A stretch of 64,000 nt of DNA from Squalus acanthias. Taxonomy: Eukaryota. The DNA is taken from the NCBI GenBank assembly GCA_030390025.1, contig CM059447.1, positions 2,604,001 through 2,668,000 on the forward strand, read 5' to 3'. The number at the start of each line of letters is the position of its first letter. The stretch's first letter is position 1. Below the pieces are notes generated by a model. The model saw only the letters and a program-made list of their open reading frames with translations. It was not told the DNA's origin and made no database searches. Below, one piece after another: positions 28,001 through 41,528 of this stretch. Both the position numbers and the translations under genes were made by a program.

Positions 28001-28461
28001 ATTGCGGTTGGGGGCAGCAGGGGAGTTCAGTGTCAGCATAAAGATTACATCAAAAGAATAAGCCATTCAGAGCACATTAAATCTGGATGTGCACCAAGAA
28101 TTTCTGGCTTTTAAGACAGAACCTGCTGCAAGCAAAACAGAGACCACTACACAGTCTCTGCCATGTTATTCGCTATTCTGATTTAAAAGAGCAGCAAAAT
28201 CAAGATGAAAGTCCAACAACATCCGCCAAAAACTTATTGCGACCAAATTGCAAAAAAATACCAACTACCTAGATAAATTAAAATGACATTGTGGCATTCT
28301 CTGCCCGCACTGAAATTTTTTTTTCCCTTTTTTTTTTTAAACACAAATAGAAACAAGTCTGAAGTCATTTAGTGGCCCCACAAGAATTAACAAACCAGTT
28401 CATAATTCATATTCCAACATAGTTGCTAACAAAATTTAAACTGGACCCGCAGATTGCTCAC

Positions 28462-28580
28462 CTGCATATGATCCCCAGCTAAAACAATCCTCGTGTGTCT
28501 ACTGGCTAGTGCCAAAGGCATGATGGTCTCACATTCCATTGCTTGAGCAGCTTCATCCAAAAGAATATGTGTGAATAAAC
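28462..28580 (-). CDS. HELZ: HELZ coding exon F, Walker B and motif III ([39 protein letters not shown])
   Basis: Acceptor tcaacag|GTTT, donor CAG|gtgagc; 119 nt, phase 1 to 0. DEAAQ and GDHMQ motifs. Confidence 0.96.
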
Positions 28581-30285
28581 CTGTTGATAAGCAGACGTCA
28601 AGGAAAAAGTTAGTGAATAAAATCAATGTTTCTTTGCAGTTCAAAATCTGGAATTAAACGGTTTATGGAACATAATATTCGACTTTAAGTTGGCAAGTAG
28701 ATGAAATTTGAGGGTCATTCATTTTTTTAATATAAAAAAAGGCATTTTCTCCAACTTCATCATGTGTCATCTGAGGTTAAGCGGGCAACCTGCTTTCAAC
28801 CTCCATCAATCTCACACTCAAACTGGCTACAAGGAAGTACACAAGCAGCGCCCTGGGTGAATCTTGTGCGAAAGTGTTTGACTTGTACCCACAACAGTAC
28901 AGCTGAGATCAGGATTGCACAAGTAGAAGTCCACACCCCACCATTCTGCGGGGCAGCACATCAATGCCCCGAATCAAATGTAGAATCACATGGATTTCTC
29001 TTCCTTGCTGGATAAGCTCCTCTCCTCTCAGCCACCCCACCCTCCCCCAAAAGGCACAAACAATGCTTCCTACTTATTCTGTAGATTATAACAGATGTAC
29101 AGCCAGAGGAACAAATTGATGTGACTGTTACAGGCATTTCCAAACAGTTAGGTACGGAAGCCCCTAAATGAAATAGATGCCATTGCAAACAAATTTGCAG
29201 AAGTACAGAAAAACGTACATTAACTCTAATGAAAGCTCTCGGCTTTCGTGGTCTCAGAACCCATTTCATGCAACTGGTGACAAACGGAGAAGTTGTGATT
29301 ATAAAGGATGCTTTGAGAGACGCACTGAACAAAATATTTATCCACTGACCACAATCTCAAACAAACATGCCCAAAAAACTGCAGCCTGGTTCTTTTTATT
29401 TTTGTTGCAGAAATGCCCCTGGAGTGCTGAATGAAACCGCTGCAATATCTGAGCTGATTTTTGAGATTTAATCACATGTATTTGGAATACATGTTATTAA
29501 TGATGTGTGCAGTAAACCAAGCACTCCAGATGAGGCACTTGTTCTGAAATATATCATCGCTCTTCAAAAATGTTCTGCCAGCCTTCTCTCTTCACTTTCG
29601 CACATGAAAGGAAATCACAACACAAGGTGATCTCTCAACCGTGGCTGGGGTACAAAGTATATGAAATGTATGAATATGAAAATTAAGACCTTCACAGCAT
29701 CTAATACAGTAATTTCTTTTTGAAAGGGGTTGCTGCAGAAACTTTTCCATGATTTCCACTTTTCGTCGTGATGTACAAGTGAGAGTGCAGCTCTGAAGCT
29801 GGATCCCACTCTGCAGTGGAACAATGCAAGGTCCCCTGCAGGAGGCACTCGCACACCACTAGGCTTCGATACCATGTAGCTCCATTGCAACGTCAAACCT
29901 CGATTAAAAAAAGCAGAATCATTTACACTCATAAAAACAGGGATCCATTGGTCCTCCCGCGCACTTTGTAAACTGAAGAGGAGATAAGTTAAATATGGAG
30001 TGTGGACATTCCTGCGCACTCAGTACATTTAAACTTTCATGCTGGGACTGAAGCTCTGCCTGTATGTAACTGCAGCCCAAGTTTACCCGAAACTCGCCAA
30101 AAAGCCACCCATGCCTCTTAAAGCAAAAGAGGACACACAAATGCCCGTTCCATTCAGCAGTAACTCAGCTGCACTGTTAAATGGTGGATGCAACACAGAA
30201 TACAACTGAGCAGAATTATTTAACACTTCACCAAGCTGCACTAAAAATGTTCCAACTGACTGCCCAAAGATTACAAAACCATATA

Positions 30286-30465
30286 GAATCATAGAATAGT
30301 ACAGCACAGGAGGACATTCGGCCCATCGAGTCTACACTGGCTCTTTCAAAGAGCAATCCAGTTCGTCCTGCTCTTTCCCCATATCGCTGCAATTTTTTCT
30401 TTGAAATATTTACCCAATTCCCTTTTGAAAGCTACTATTGAATCTGTTTCCACCACTCTAGCAGG
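30286..30465 (-). mobile_element. CR1 LINE 3' tail
   Basis: agaatcatagaatagtacagcacaggagg...cggcccatcgag; ORF RVVETDSIVAFKRELGKYFKE. Confidence 0.8.
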
Positions 30466-31784
30466 CATATGTTTTTGTTTATACATACATACATATATGG
30501 TTTTACTGTAGTAAAAATCCACACTAAAAATCAAGAAAATGAACATCTATGAACAAATCCCCAAAACTACAAGGCAGCTACTCACTTCAATGGGCAGGAG
30601 ATGCAAGGCAGTTATCTGAAAATCTTTTACATCAATGTGTATATTGATCACAGTACTAATCAGGCAAACGCAGGATTGAGACCAGGGCTCTGCAGTCTCC
30701 CCAACAGTGTGCTCGGAGACACATTATCAGGAGGAAAATGTGAAGCAATGGACACATGCTTCTTTGGAACAAGGGAAAGGGAGAAGTCTGAGTCACCCCA
30801 CTCCCATAAATCTCCAAACAGTTGACACAATCCTCCAGCCCAACTGAACCCCAGGGGTCTCGAGCATAATCCCCTCCAGCATTTGTACAAATGTACCAGA
30901 CGGGCCCATGCACCATGCAAACATGGCATCACAAAATAGGTGCAAGGGACGTCTGAAAATGTGTACCTATGTAATAATCTGAAAATAATCAAATGCTGAA
31001 ACATGATCATTTTCTAATGCTGTCTTCATACTGCATCGTTGGGACTCATAACAAAAGTGCGATATTAAATGCAGACTGGTTATTGCAGAAAGCAGGGCGA
31101 GTTTCAAATGGTGGCTTTGCATTGCACCATCAATTGTACAGGTACTGCCAGTGGAATCCACACTGTTTAAACTGAGCCTACAGTTACCCATCTTTCTTTA
31201 CCAAAGGAAAAGAGCCAACTGTCCCACAAACACTTTTCAAGTCAGTGGAAACTGATCGGAGATCAGCAAGCAGCACTCCAGTCTGCACTGCAAAGAGATC
31301 AGAACAGATACAACAGCTTCTCGCCTGCACCGCTCTACAAATCCTCTCTGTAGGCAAGGCTAATAAGTAACATTATACATATCTGCTCTAGAAATAAGGT
31401 ACATTCCACAAACCATTTAAATTTTGGGGACGGAAAAGAAATCCATACGTACTAAAGTACTAACCCAAAATGCTACACATGAAGTTACAGTTCATTCAGG
31501 AAAAATAAGCTGCTCCACACCAACTGATTCAGCCTACATTCAGTTGATTGAGTGCCAAGGGCAGTTTATTGCTTTGTTTATTGCTTAGTCACATCCTTAA
31601 ACCTTACCCTACTGGAAAAAGGAATGCTACGATGCGAGTTTTAAATATGAACACAATTCAAAACAAAGATAGAAAGCAACTGAAGCTAAGAAAGAGTAAG
31701 CGTTCTTTTTGGCTTGGTTTATCCTTTCTTTGCCTGAAGGAGCTGACTACTACTCAGGAACAGTTCAGCAGACACTGGTCGCTC

Positions 31785-32065
31785 TCCACCACCTCACACA
31801 AGCGGTCGTTTCTCATGTGACAGCCCATACGTCAAATGTTGTAAAGCCGGACAGCTGAGCCCCCTCATGTCCAAACTGGCCATTCACAGGTGTGCACATT
31901 CTAGCAGAGGTCACTGGAGTGTGATCAGGAATCGGAACCATGGGCTGATTTCCCCTACCTAGACCAGGGATGCTGAAGATAAATGCAGCACCTTTGCTGT
32001 CACACCAGCTGAGATCACCAACTCTGCACAGACAAGGGAGCTTTCTGCTCTGCATGGTTCAGCTT
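31785..32065 (-). mobile_element. Old tRNA-derived SINE-like repeat, 5' end abutted by a CR1 insertion
   Basis: agcagaggtcactggagtgtgatcaggaatcggaaccatgggctgatttccc...ccagctgagatcaccaactctgcacagac, antisense to the 1270 and 22255 copies. Confidence 0.55.
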
Positions 32066-32504
32066 TTATTGAGTAAATTGGGCCGATACTCTCTGGAGTT
32101 TAGAAGAATGAGAGGTGATCTAATTGAAACATATAAGATTCGGAGGGGGATTGACAGGGTAGATGCTGAGAGGTTGTTTCCCCTGGCTGGAGAGTCTAGA
32201 ACTAGGGGGCATAGTCTCAGGATAAGAGGTCGGCCATTTAAGACCGAGAGGAGGAGGAGGAATTTCTTCACTCAGAGGGTTGTGAATCTTTGGAATTCTC
32301 TACCCCAAAAGGCTGTGGATGTTGAGTCATTGAGTATATTCAAGGCTGAGATAGATAGATTTTTGGACTCTAGGGGAACCAAGGGATATGGGGATCGGGC
32401 AGGAAAGTGGATTTGAGGTTGAAGATCAGCCATGATCTTATTGAATGGCGGAGCAGGCTCGAAGGGCCCTATGGCCCACTCCTGTTCCTAATTCTTATGT
32501 TCTT
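32066..32504 (+). mobile_element. CR1 LINE 3' fragment
   Basis: YSLEFRRMRGDLIETYKI...RTRGHSLRIRGRPF...RVVNLWNSLP; tail ttcttatgttctta. Confidence 0.9.
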
Positions 32505-33368
32505 AGCTGCATGTTGCATTTATTAAGAATGCACAAACGTTACTAAATTAAAGTCCGTTGACCATCTGCTCTGAAATTATTTGATGACATGCATTCCAAT
32601 GCCTTTTTATCATTAATAAATAAGATATTAATAAAGAAAACAATTACTGAGCTACATTAGTGGAATGTTGTTCTCAAAAATCATCAGAGAGGTTTAGTTA
32701 TTTAAAAATTCCTCAGCTTTTAACATCAACTGGGTTTCAGGCCCTTAAGAGTCACTCTGAAGCAAAAAAGAACATGATTTTCTTTTTCAGCAATGCAATA
32801 GTGAGAGTATAACTGAAGAGCCAAGTCCCGATGTGACTCCCGAACAAAGATGCGCGAGCTCGTGTCTGGGCATGACAGTTTCATTCGCAGGCAGGCAGCA
32901 CAAATAAGGTGCTGTCAGGTGAACTGATCCTGTAGCCAACAGGGTCAGGGCACTATAAACGCATCCTTCAGTATCAAACCAAGTGTTTCTCCTGCCTTTA
33001 AGTGATCTACAGAGCCCTGAATTTACACACTTGGCCTCTCAGGTCTTTCACACTGGAATTTATTTCCTTGTTTTTGTGGGTTTGCATGTCTCTGCAGCTG
33101 TAACTCCAATGTTAGGTTTGCTGTTCCGCAGCACTTGGCTCTTTGTAGTGTCCTCTCTTCAAATTAACCTCTGTAATGGCTAACAGTCCAAAGGGAACAA
33201 AATAGTTTATCATCAAGGTGATAGTGGCATAACTTTGCTTGAAGGGGATTGAATGAGGCTTTAATACCAGGAAGCCAATGTAAGTGAGCTAAAATGGCTG
33301 TTTTTTTTTAAAAAAAAAAGGACATAAATAAAGGGCACTGAAGAACTGTAGATTTTTAATCCTTTAAA

Positions 33369-33803
33369 AAGACTTGCATTTATATAGCGCCTTTCACAAC
33401 CACCGGACGTCCCAAAGTGCTTTACAGCCAATGAAGTTTTTTTCTTGAAGTGTAGTCACTGTTGTAATGTAGGAAACGCAGCAGTCGAGTTGAGCACAGC
33501 AAGCTCCCACAAAGAGCAATGTGATAATGACCAGATAATCTGTTTTAGTGATGTTGATTGAGGGATAAATATTGGCCAGGACACCGGGAATAACTCCCCT
33601 GCTCTTCTTTGAAATAGTGCCATGGTATCTTTTACGTCCACCTGAGAGAGCAGACAGTTTAACATCTCATCCGAAAGATGGCACCTCCGACAGTACTGGA
33701 ATGTCAGCCTTGAGTTTTGTACTCAAGTCTCTGGAGTGGGACTTGAACCGACAACTTTCTGACTGAGAGGTGAGGGTGCTACCCACTGAGCCACAGCTGA
33801 CAC
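33369..33803 (-). mobile_element. Near full-length Deu-domain SINE with Pol III A and B boxes
   Basis: Minus strand begins gtgtcagctgTGGCTCAGTGGgtag...GGTTCAAGTCCc (tRNA-like A and B boxes), followed by the Deu core and ggcgctatataaatgcaagtc tail. Confidence 0.88.
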
Positions 33804-35232
33804 TTTTACTCACTGGTTGAGACCATTCAAATGCTGTCAGTGCAACACCAAGTTTGGTGACAGTTACGTTTTAACTTAATTACAGATTTTATAATTCTGA
33901 TCAAACTCGTATTGCTTTGCAACTACTTCAAAGACATGTCATGCATGTGAACCTCATGCAAATATAAATTCCAGAACAGAGACAAGGATAACATTGTAAA
34001 CAAGACTCGGGAATAACAAAGCGAGAAGTGTGCGCAGATCTAGGACAGCTGGTCACAACACTGGTAGCGATTTCAGTGATCTAACGTAGGTTTAATTCCA
34101 TTCAAGCAATTTTTGCAAATGTATGTCGGGTTGTGCCAGTGAAGGCATTATGTTGTTTCTGAAGGGTATAGATAGCTCTTGTTGCACAACTTAATGCTGC
34201 AGTGCAAACAGCCACAAATGCGTAAATTTATAATTCTTCACCGACTTATATACAGAACACATCAACCATCACACATATTGTTCTAATATAATATGGTAAC
34301 TCAGCTCCTCAAGCAATCAGATATGCTAATTTCTAAAACAAATATAGCATATCTTCAAAATTATTGCAGGCTGATTAAGAATCAGATTAAAAAGCCGTAT
34401 TAATTTTGTTCCCATTAATTCTTTGTATCCTTCAAGGTCCACTCAGCAGTTTTCATTTCAGAGAACACCGTACAAAGGTCATATTTCAGTTAACCGTTGT
34501 CCTTCATTTATGGTAATATCACACAAATTGCTTGCTTCTCCTCAATTAACCCCTGGCAGAATGTGCACTTTTAACACAGATAATTAGGGAATCATAATAT
34601 TTGTAAACGGTTGTCATTTAAAATACCATCTACTTACTATTAATAATGGAATATGAGCACCAATACTCTTATGAGCTTGTTTTCCTGCAAGATTTTAAAA
34701 GCTATCAAGTGCCGAACCTTGTTTTTAACCTTATAGTTTCTAAACTACAGACAGACTACTTTACAATGTAGAGTCTTATTCACTCGGGAAAAAAGCATCT
34801 TCGACTCAGCAAGCACAAACTGCTACAGCGGGAGAAAAATGACCAGAAGGCTTTTCTGAAGCTCGTGGGACTAGGAGAGTATCCCTGTGACCGTCTTCCC
34901 ACCTATATATTAAAAATCTATGTCTACACACAATTCCCATCTCCAAAACCTTACTTCCTGTTGCCATGTTTTTGTCAAAGCTCCTCACCAACAGTGCAAA
35001 CTGAGAGAACGGACCCTACTGAATATCTATCTCTGCTCCAAGAGAAATTCTTCCTTGCATCGATGCAGGAAGTGCCTCATGGAGATCCATTACATCAGCT
35101 GTAAACTAATTAGATTACTGCTCAGACAAGTCTGTTTCTGTCGAACTGCCACTGAGCGGGGCAAGGAACAGAATCCTTCTCACTCCTGGAAGTTTCGTTT
35201 GACACTCAAACGCAAGTCAAAGGCTCAGCACT

Positions 35233-35284
35233 CTTAGGCAGTCCCTCGGAACCGAGGATGACTTGCTTCCACATTAAAAATGAG
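35233..35284 (-). mobile_element. 52-bp RTE 3'-terminal insertion with 21-bp TSD gcaagtcaaaggctcagcact (35212-35232 / 35285-35305)
   Basis: Insert matches the RTE tail at 13677-13725; exact TSD. Confidence 0.92.
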
Positions 35285-35424
35285 GCAAGTCAAAGGCTCA
35301 GCACTGATCTGGAGTCGAAAGGCTATCCAAAAGCACCATTCACGCAAAAACAATCAGAGGGAGATGGATTCTTCAGGGCCCCAAGAGACTTGTGGATTTG
35401 CCCAAACAGTAATGTCTCTTGGAA

Positions 35425-35690
35425 ACAACAACAACTTGTATTTATATAGCGCCTTTAATGTAGTAAAATGTCCCATGGCGCTTCACAGGAGTAAAAGACA
35501 AAATATTTGACACCGAGCCACATAAGGAGAAATTAGGGCAGGTGACCAAAAGCTTGGTCAAAGAGGTAGGTTTTAAGGAGCATCTTAAAGGAGGAAAGAG
35601 AGGTAGCGAGGTGGAGAGGTTTAGGGAGGGAATTCCAGAGCTTAGGGCCGAGGCAACAGAAGGCACAGCCACCAATGGTTGAGTGATTAT
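35425..35690 (-). mobile_element. L2-clade LINE 3' fragment
   Basis: Same family as 18451-18684 and 2244-2480. Confidence 0.85.
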
Positions 35691-35829
35691 AATGAATAGA
35701 TCAGGTGTTTAACCATTTTTCTGAGGAAGTAGCAACATTTGTAGTGCTCTTTTCCACACACACCCACCAAAATAATGATTATTTTTAACATTTAGAAATC
35801 TCTTGGAAGAGGGCAAGGGGAGATTAGGG

Positions 35830-36370
35830 CTTCAGCTTGCCTTCACTGGCAGCACTTTCACCTCAGTCAGAAAGTTGTGGATTTAAACTCCATGCTGTAG
35901 CAAGCACATTTAATCTAGGTTGTCACTTGGTGAGTACCGAGGAAGTGCTGCATCGTCGGAGGTGTCATCCTTCAAATTAAACGTTAAACCGAGGAGCCAT
36001 CTGCCCGTTCAGGTTGACAATAAAGATCTTATGGCAGTAATCGAAGAGGAGCAGTGAGTTCTCCTAGTGTTCTGACCAACATTATTCCTGCAACCACCAT
36101 CAAAAATACATGAATTGATCATTGCTGTTTGTGAGACATTGCTGTGGGCACAACGGCTGCCATATGAACCGACATAACAGTGACTCAACTTCAAAAATGA
36201 CTGAAAGCCTTTGGGACATTTTCAAGAGATGTCATAAGGCGCTACACAAAGAGGACATTTCCCACATTACAACAGTGACTCCACTTCAAAAGTACTTCAT
36301 TGGCTGTAAAGCGCTTTGAGGAGTCTGGTGGTCGTGAAAGGCGCTATAGAAATGCAAGTCTTTCTTTCTT
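35830..36370 (+). mobile_element. Degenerate Deu-domain SINE with a second, better-preserved 3' tail (36260-36370)
   Basis: acgttaaaccgaggagccatctgcccgttcagg core; acaacagtgactccacttcaaaagtacttcattggctgtaaagcgctttg...aatgcaagtctttctttc tail. Confidence 0.72.
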
Positions 36371-36994
36371 TACTTCAATTAAAAAATACCAGGAAAACCA
36401 CATAAGATATTTAACTTTTCCTGCTCAAATTTCATTGAAGGAGGTGGTAAAGACACTCAAACCTAGAGGAAACACCTGCATCCAAAAGAGACCTGCCAAA
36501 CCAGAGTCTTGGCGGATAGATCCAGTCATTAAAATTTGACAAAAGTATGAGGATTGCTTCAAATAGCAGCTCCACAAATGCAGTCCAGAGTGATTTTGAT
36601 TAGCTCAGGATGTCACGGTACACTGAGTGGACTTAGTCAAACTTTTCCCAGCTGCTGGATGATAATACAAAATGAATTCTACTAACCATTTAGCCAGTTT
36701 ATTTGTAGAGAACAGATCTCAGTGCACATTGCCCTTTGAGACACAAACACCTGTTGAGACTTCCGCTTGACCTAATTTTGTCAATTTAATCCAACAGGGT
36801 TCTTTAATCACCCACGTTGTAGAATTGACACTACACGGAAATGGATAAAGACTTCGGTGACTATTTCTGATGTGAACCTATGAGAAGACTTTACAATAGC
36901 TCTCTCCTCATGCCAAGAACTACCCCAGGCTCACTAACTTTCCAGCTGAAACAAAAGCGATCAGAACTGTAGTTTTCCATGTACATAAGTTTTA

Positions 36995-37430
36995 GAATCA
37001 TAGAATGATACAGCACAGAAGGAAGTCATTCGGCCCATCGCCCCTGTGCTGGCTCTTTGAAATAGCTATCCAATTGGTCTCACTCCCCCGCGCTGTCCCA
37101 AAAGCCCTGCAAATTTATTCCCTTCAAGTATTTATCCAATTCCCTTTCGAAAGCTACTGTTGAATCTGCTTCCACTGCCCTTTCAGGCAGCGCACTCCAG
37201 ATCACAACAACTCTCTGCAGAAAAAAAAATGTCATGTTGCCTCTAGTTCTTTTGTCAATCACCTTAAATCTGTGTCCTCTGGTTACTGACCCTTCTGTAA
37301 CTGGAAACAGTTTCACCTTATTTACTCTATCAAAACTATTCATGATTTTGAACAGCTCTATCAAATCTCCTCTTAACCTTATCTGCTCTAAGGAGAACAA
37401 CCCAGCTTCTCCAGTCTTCACATAACTGAA
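36995..37430 (-). mobile_element. CR1 LINE 3' fragment
   Basis: ORF 37080-37421(-) LFSLEQIRLRGDLIELFKIM...TRGHRFKVI; tail agaatcatagaatgatacagc. Confidence 0.88.
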
Positions 37431-39824
37431 ATTTTAATTCAGAAAAACATAACGGTTCTAACATGAACTACCCAAGCTTAATTACAACACCACCTACAAA
37501 TCCCATGGAACCATAGGAGACAACTGAACTAAAATGATTTCTATACACCCTTGATGAGGCAGAATGTCCTGCTAATGAACTATCACTTCATGATTGGTGA
37601 AGATGCAGTACATACTTTGGCAGAACTGGGTTTAAAACCAAAGTGAAGTAGATGGTTGAGTAAATGAACTGAAGGTTTCCCAAAACTATCGAAGAGCTCA
37701 TTAAAACCCATCTTTTTCCCATTTTATGCTTAACTAGTGGAGATTTTCCTTATCATTTAAAATTTTCACTCCTAAAGCCAATCACCATTTCCTTTGAATA
37801 GCCAGACCATCACGAAATGTCTGCTGAGATAATCTTGAAACTGGGACAACTGATCTGGTCTGGATTAATGAGACAATTACGTAATTCCAGAAGATCACTG
37901 TCTATGTCGCCTCATTTGTCTGGAGTTACATTCGTATTTGGGATCATCAAATCATGCAACGCAAGTTCACAGGTTCAAATCCGGGATCAGCCTGGTTTTA
38001 TTTCCCCACCTCGCGCCCCCCCACCCCCCACCACCCACCCATTCCCCTCCCTCCCCCATCCCACCCTCACCGGTGACCAGAAACTTTTTCACACAAAGGA
38101 TATTTTGATCAAGGACCCATGCGGCTGTGAACCTGAGTCAATTACAGCTTTCCAGGGAGAATTATGTGAACACTTCAAGAAAAAAAATAAACAGTACCTG
38201 GAAAGCGCAGTAAATAGGATTAGACTCAACAACTTTGATGAGAGGTTCGCACTGGCACAACTGGCCTCTAGAATAGAGAGTGCAAAGGCATATAGATTGG
38301 CTGTGAGGCACAAACTGAAAGTCCCTCATGGGTAACCATAATACATACAAATTGAGCTAGTTTTAGTCTCTGCACAAACCCAGAGGGCTCGAGTCCAAAC
38401 ATTATATGCGGTCTCTTGGCCTGTCAAGAATGCATCTGAAACTCAGCAATGCAAGGCAGCAGTGGAGGTTAGAATTTGAACCCTGATAGAACATTTTCTG
38501 ATTTATTTTAATTTGCTGTGATATCGAAAACCAACTTGGATACCCCTTAATTAAGTAGGTTAAGCGGCAGAGAGAGCAAAGAAAAATGCCACTTCAACCC
38601 GGAGAACAGAGTTTTCCTGCAATATTCCTCTGCTGCATATAGAGAAGAAAACATAACGCTTTTAAACTCTGACAAAACTACAGTGATTTTTATTTTCAGG
38701 AGAAACAAAAACACGTGATCATTGGGTTTCCATAGGAACAGCAGTAAAATACATTCATAGCTGATGACCCACAACTGTTGTGGCAGTTGAGGAGAAGCAT
38801 TTCATATGGCACAGACAGGAAGGGGTACTATGGTACTGATATCATCAGCACCTTAAGGAGACTATGCCCATTTTGTTACTCCTCATTGACAGCTCAAGCT
38901 TCTTCCTTCTGAACATGAAGAATGTTTAATAGGAAAGAAATGCCTTCTGATTCAAGAAGACAGTATCCCAAATATAACATGATCACTACCTTGGTTTACT
39001 AAGTCTAATGAAATTTGTTCTATCACAGCAATTAAGAGTCTGAATAATAGCTTTGATTCCCGTTGAACTGAAACCGTACCTTATTATAAAGGCAAAGATC
39101 ACTATTTACAAGGAAACACTGTAGTTACAGTGCAGAGAAGACTGACTTCATTTGGAACTACCACTGTGACACCAACATTTTTAGCTTTTTCAGAAACACG
39201 TTAAGCACCATACAGTGATGAGCCAAAGGGAAATAATGAACAAACCACATCTTTTGTTATGTACCCTTAGAGCCTGGTTCTTCCCTTTTGTGCTTTTTCT
39301 CTTGAAGCAGCAATAGAGATTAATGAAGTAAATTTACTGGTGCAGTGATTAAAGCAAAGCAGCTTGCGATTACTAATGAACATGAAAGAAAAAACCTTGA
39401 TTATTTTTCAGTATATAATTCCCAACTGGAAATTAATTGCTCGGGGCTGATCAGGGCAGCAATTCCTTAACTGAAAAGATGCTTGTAATGGGGTTCTTTG
39501 CCTCCAAATAATACCCCATTTATATTACCACTTTGCTGCTAATTGGCAGCTGATTCATATTATAAAAACAGCTTGGTGGTGGAATTTGGTGGCTTTCACT
39601 GCCTCTGCCTGCTGTGCAAACCAAAGCAGCACCAAGACCAGAGGCAGTGATGGTAAACTGCTGCTGGAAGGTTGAACACAGTTCAAGCACACTCCCCTCC
39701 TCTTTCTACAGGTTCAGGCGCTGTTTTGCTACCCACTCACAGCTGCGTGTGCACACGCTCAGTATCGTTTTAAAATCTTAAACTATTTTCTTCTGTTTTG
39801 GAAACTTTCTCAATTTTTAAAAAA

Positions 39825-39880
39825 AATTTGTTCATGGGATGTGGGCGTCGCTTGCAAGGCCAGCACTTATTGCCCATCCC
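39825..39880 (-). mobile_element. CR1-group LINE tail split by the CR1 at 39881 (resumes at ~41529-41545)
   Basis: gggatgtgggcgtcgc...ttattgcccatccc resumes as tccctagttgccctcga after the CR1. Confidence 0.7.
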
Positions 39881-41528
39881 GGACGCAGAATAGGTAGAAG
39901 CAATGGAAGGGGTGAAAATTGATAGACAGGGTGTACTGGAAAGGCTGGGTATGCTTAGAGTGGATAAGTCGCCTGGTCCAGATGGCTTGCATCCCAGGTT
40001 GCTAAGGGAAGTGGGAAAGGAGATAGCGGAAGGGCTTGCCATAATTTTCCAATCTTCCCTAGATGCGGGGGAGGTGCCCGACGATTGGAAAGTGGCAAAT
40101 GTGACACCATTGTTCAAGAAAGGGTGTAAGGACAATCCTAGTAACTTACAGGCCGGTCAGTTTAACATCAGTGGTGGGTAAAGTTTTAGAAACAATAATC
40201 AAGGAAAAAATTAATGGGCATTTGGAGAGGTTTAAGCTAATTAAGGAGAGCCAACACGTATTTGTAAAAGGCAGATCGTGTTTGACTAATCTAATTGAAT
40301 TGTTTGATGAAGTAACAGGCACGATTGATGAAGGGAACGCAATGGATGTTGTCTACATGGATTTTAGGAAGGTGTTTGACAAAGTATCACATAGGAGGCT
40401 GGTTAACAAAATTGAGGCTCATGGAATAGGTGGGTCAGTGGCAGCTTGAATAAGGAATTGGCTTAAGGACAGAAAACAGCAAGTTGTGGTAAATGGCTGT
40501 TTTTCAGACTGGAGGATGGTAGACTGTGGTGTTCCCCAAGGGTCAGTGCTGGGGCCACTGCTTTTTTGATATATATATATATAGATGACTTGGATATTGG
40601 AATACAGAGTAGAATTTCTAAATTTGCTGATGACACCAAACTTGGGGGTGTGGCAAACAGTGAAGATGATACCAATCGACTACAACAGGACATAGATAGG
40701 CTAGCAGAATGGGCAGACAAGTGGCAGATGGAATTTAATACGGAGAAGTGTGAGGTGATGCATTTTGGCAGAAGGAACAGAGAGGCAATATACACTTAAT
40801 TTCACAGTTTTAAAGAGTGTGCAGGGACAGAGGGACCTGGGAGCTAATGTGCATAGATCCCTGAAGGTGGCAGGACATATTGAGAGAGTGGTTTGCAAAG
40901 CATATGGGATCTTGGGCTTCATAAATAGAGGTATTGAGTACAAAAGCAGAGAAGTCATGCTGAACCTTTATAAAGCGCTGGTTAGGCCACAACTGGATTA
41001 TTGCGTCCAGTTCTGGTCACCACACTTTTGGAAGGATGTTAAGGCCCTTGAGAGGGTGCAGAGGAGATTTACCAGAATGGTTCCGGGGATGGGAGATCTT
41101 AGCTACAAGGACAGGTGGGAGAAGCTGGAGCTGTTTTCAATGGAGCAAAGGAGGTTGAGGGGTGATTTGATAGAGGTGTACAAGATTATAACGGGTTTTG
41201 ATAGGCTAGACGGGGAAAGGCTGTTCCCACTAGTTGATGGTACAAGGACTAGGGGACACAGATTTAAGGTTTTGGGCAAGAGATGCAGGGGGGACGTGAG
41301 GAAAAACTTTTTTATGCAGCGAGTGGCGAGGACCTGGAACTCGCTGCTGACGGAAGTGGTGGAAGCGGAAACACTCAATGTTTTCAAGGGGAGATTGGAT
41401 CGGCACTTGAGGGAAACAAACTTGCAGGGCTACGGGGATAGAGTGGGGAATGGGACTGACTGGATTGCTCTATAGAGAGCCGGCTCGGACTCGATGGGCC
41501 GAATGGCCTCCTTCTGTGCCGTTATGAC
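39881..41528 (+). mobile_element. CR1 LINE, 5'-truncated RT region with frameshifts and stops
   Basis: KSPGPDGLHPRLLRE, GRSCLTNL, VYMDFRKVFDKV, GVPQGSVLGP, KFADDTKL and C-terminal RLRGDLIEVYK; CR1 3' UTR. Confidence 0.93.

Noticed and set aside
29615-30019. 134-aa minus-strand ORF as an extra HELZ coding exon
   Set aside because: No resemblance to HELZ; exons E and F already join in frame, and this ORF is not the frame reached from exon E.
33720-33803. tRNA gene
   Set aside because: The A and B boxes belong to the SINE head and continue directly into the Deu domain; there is no complete cloverleaf.
37817-38335. 172-aa plus-strand ORF as a nested gene
   Set aside because: It runs through a C-rich low-complexity tract and decayed repeat fragments, and has no recognisable domain.
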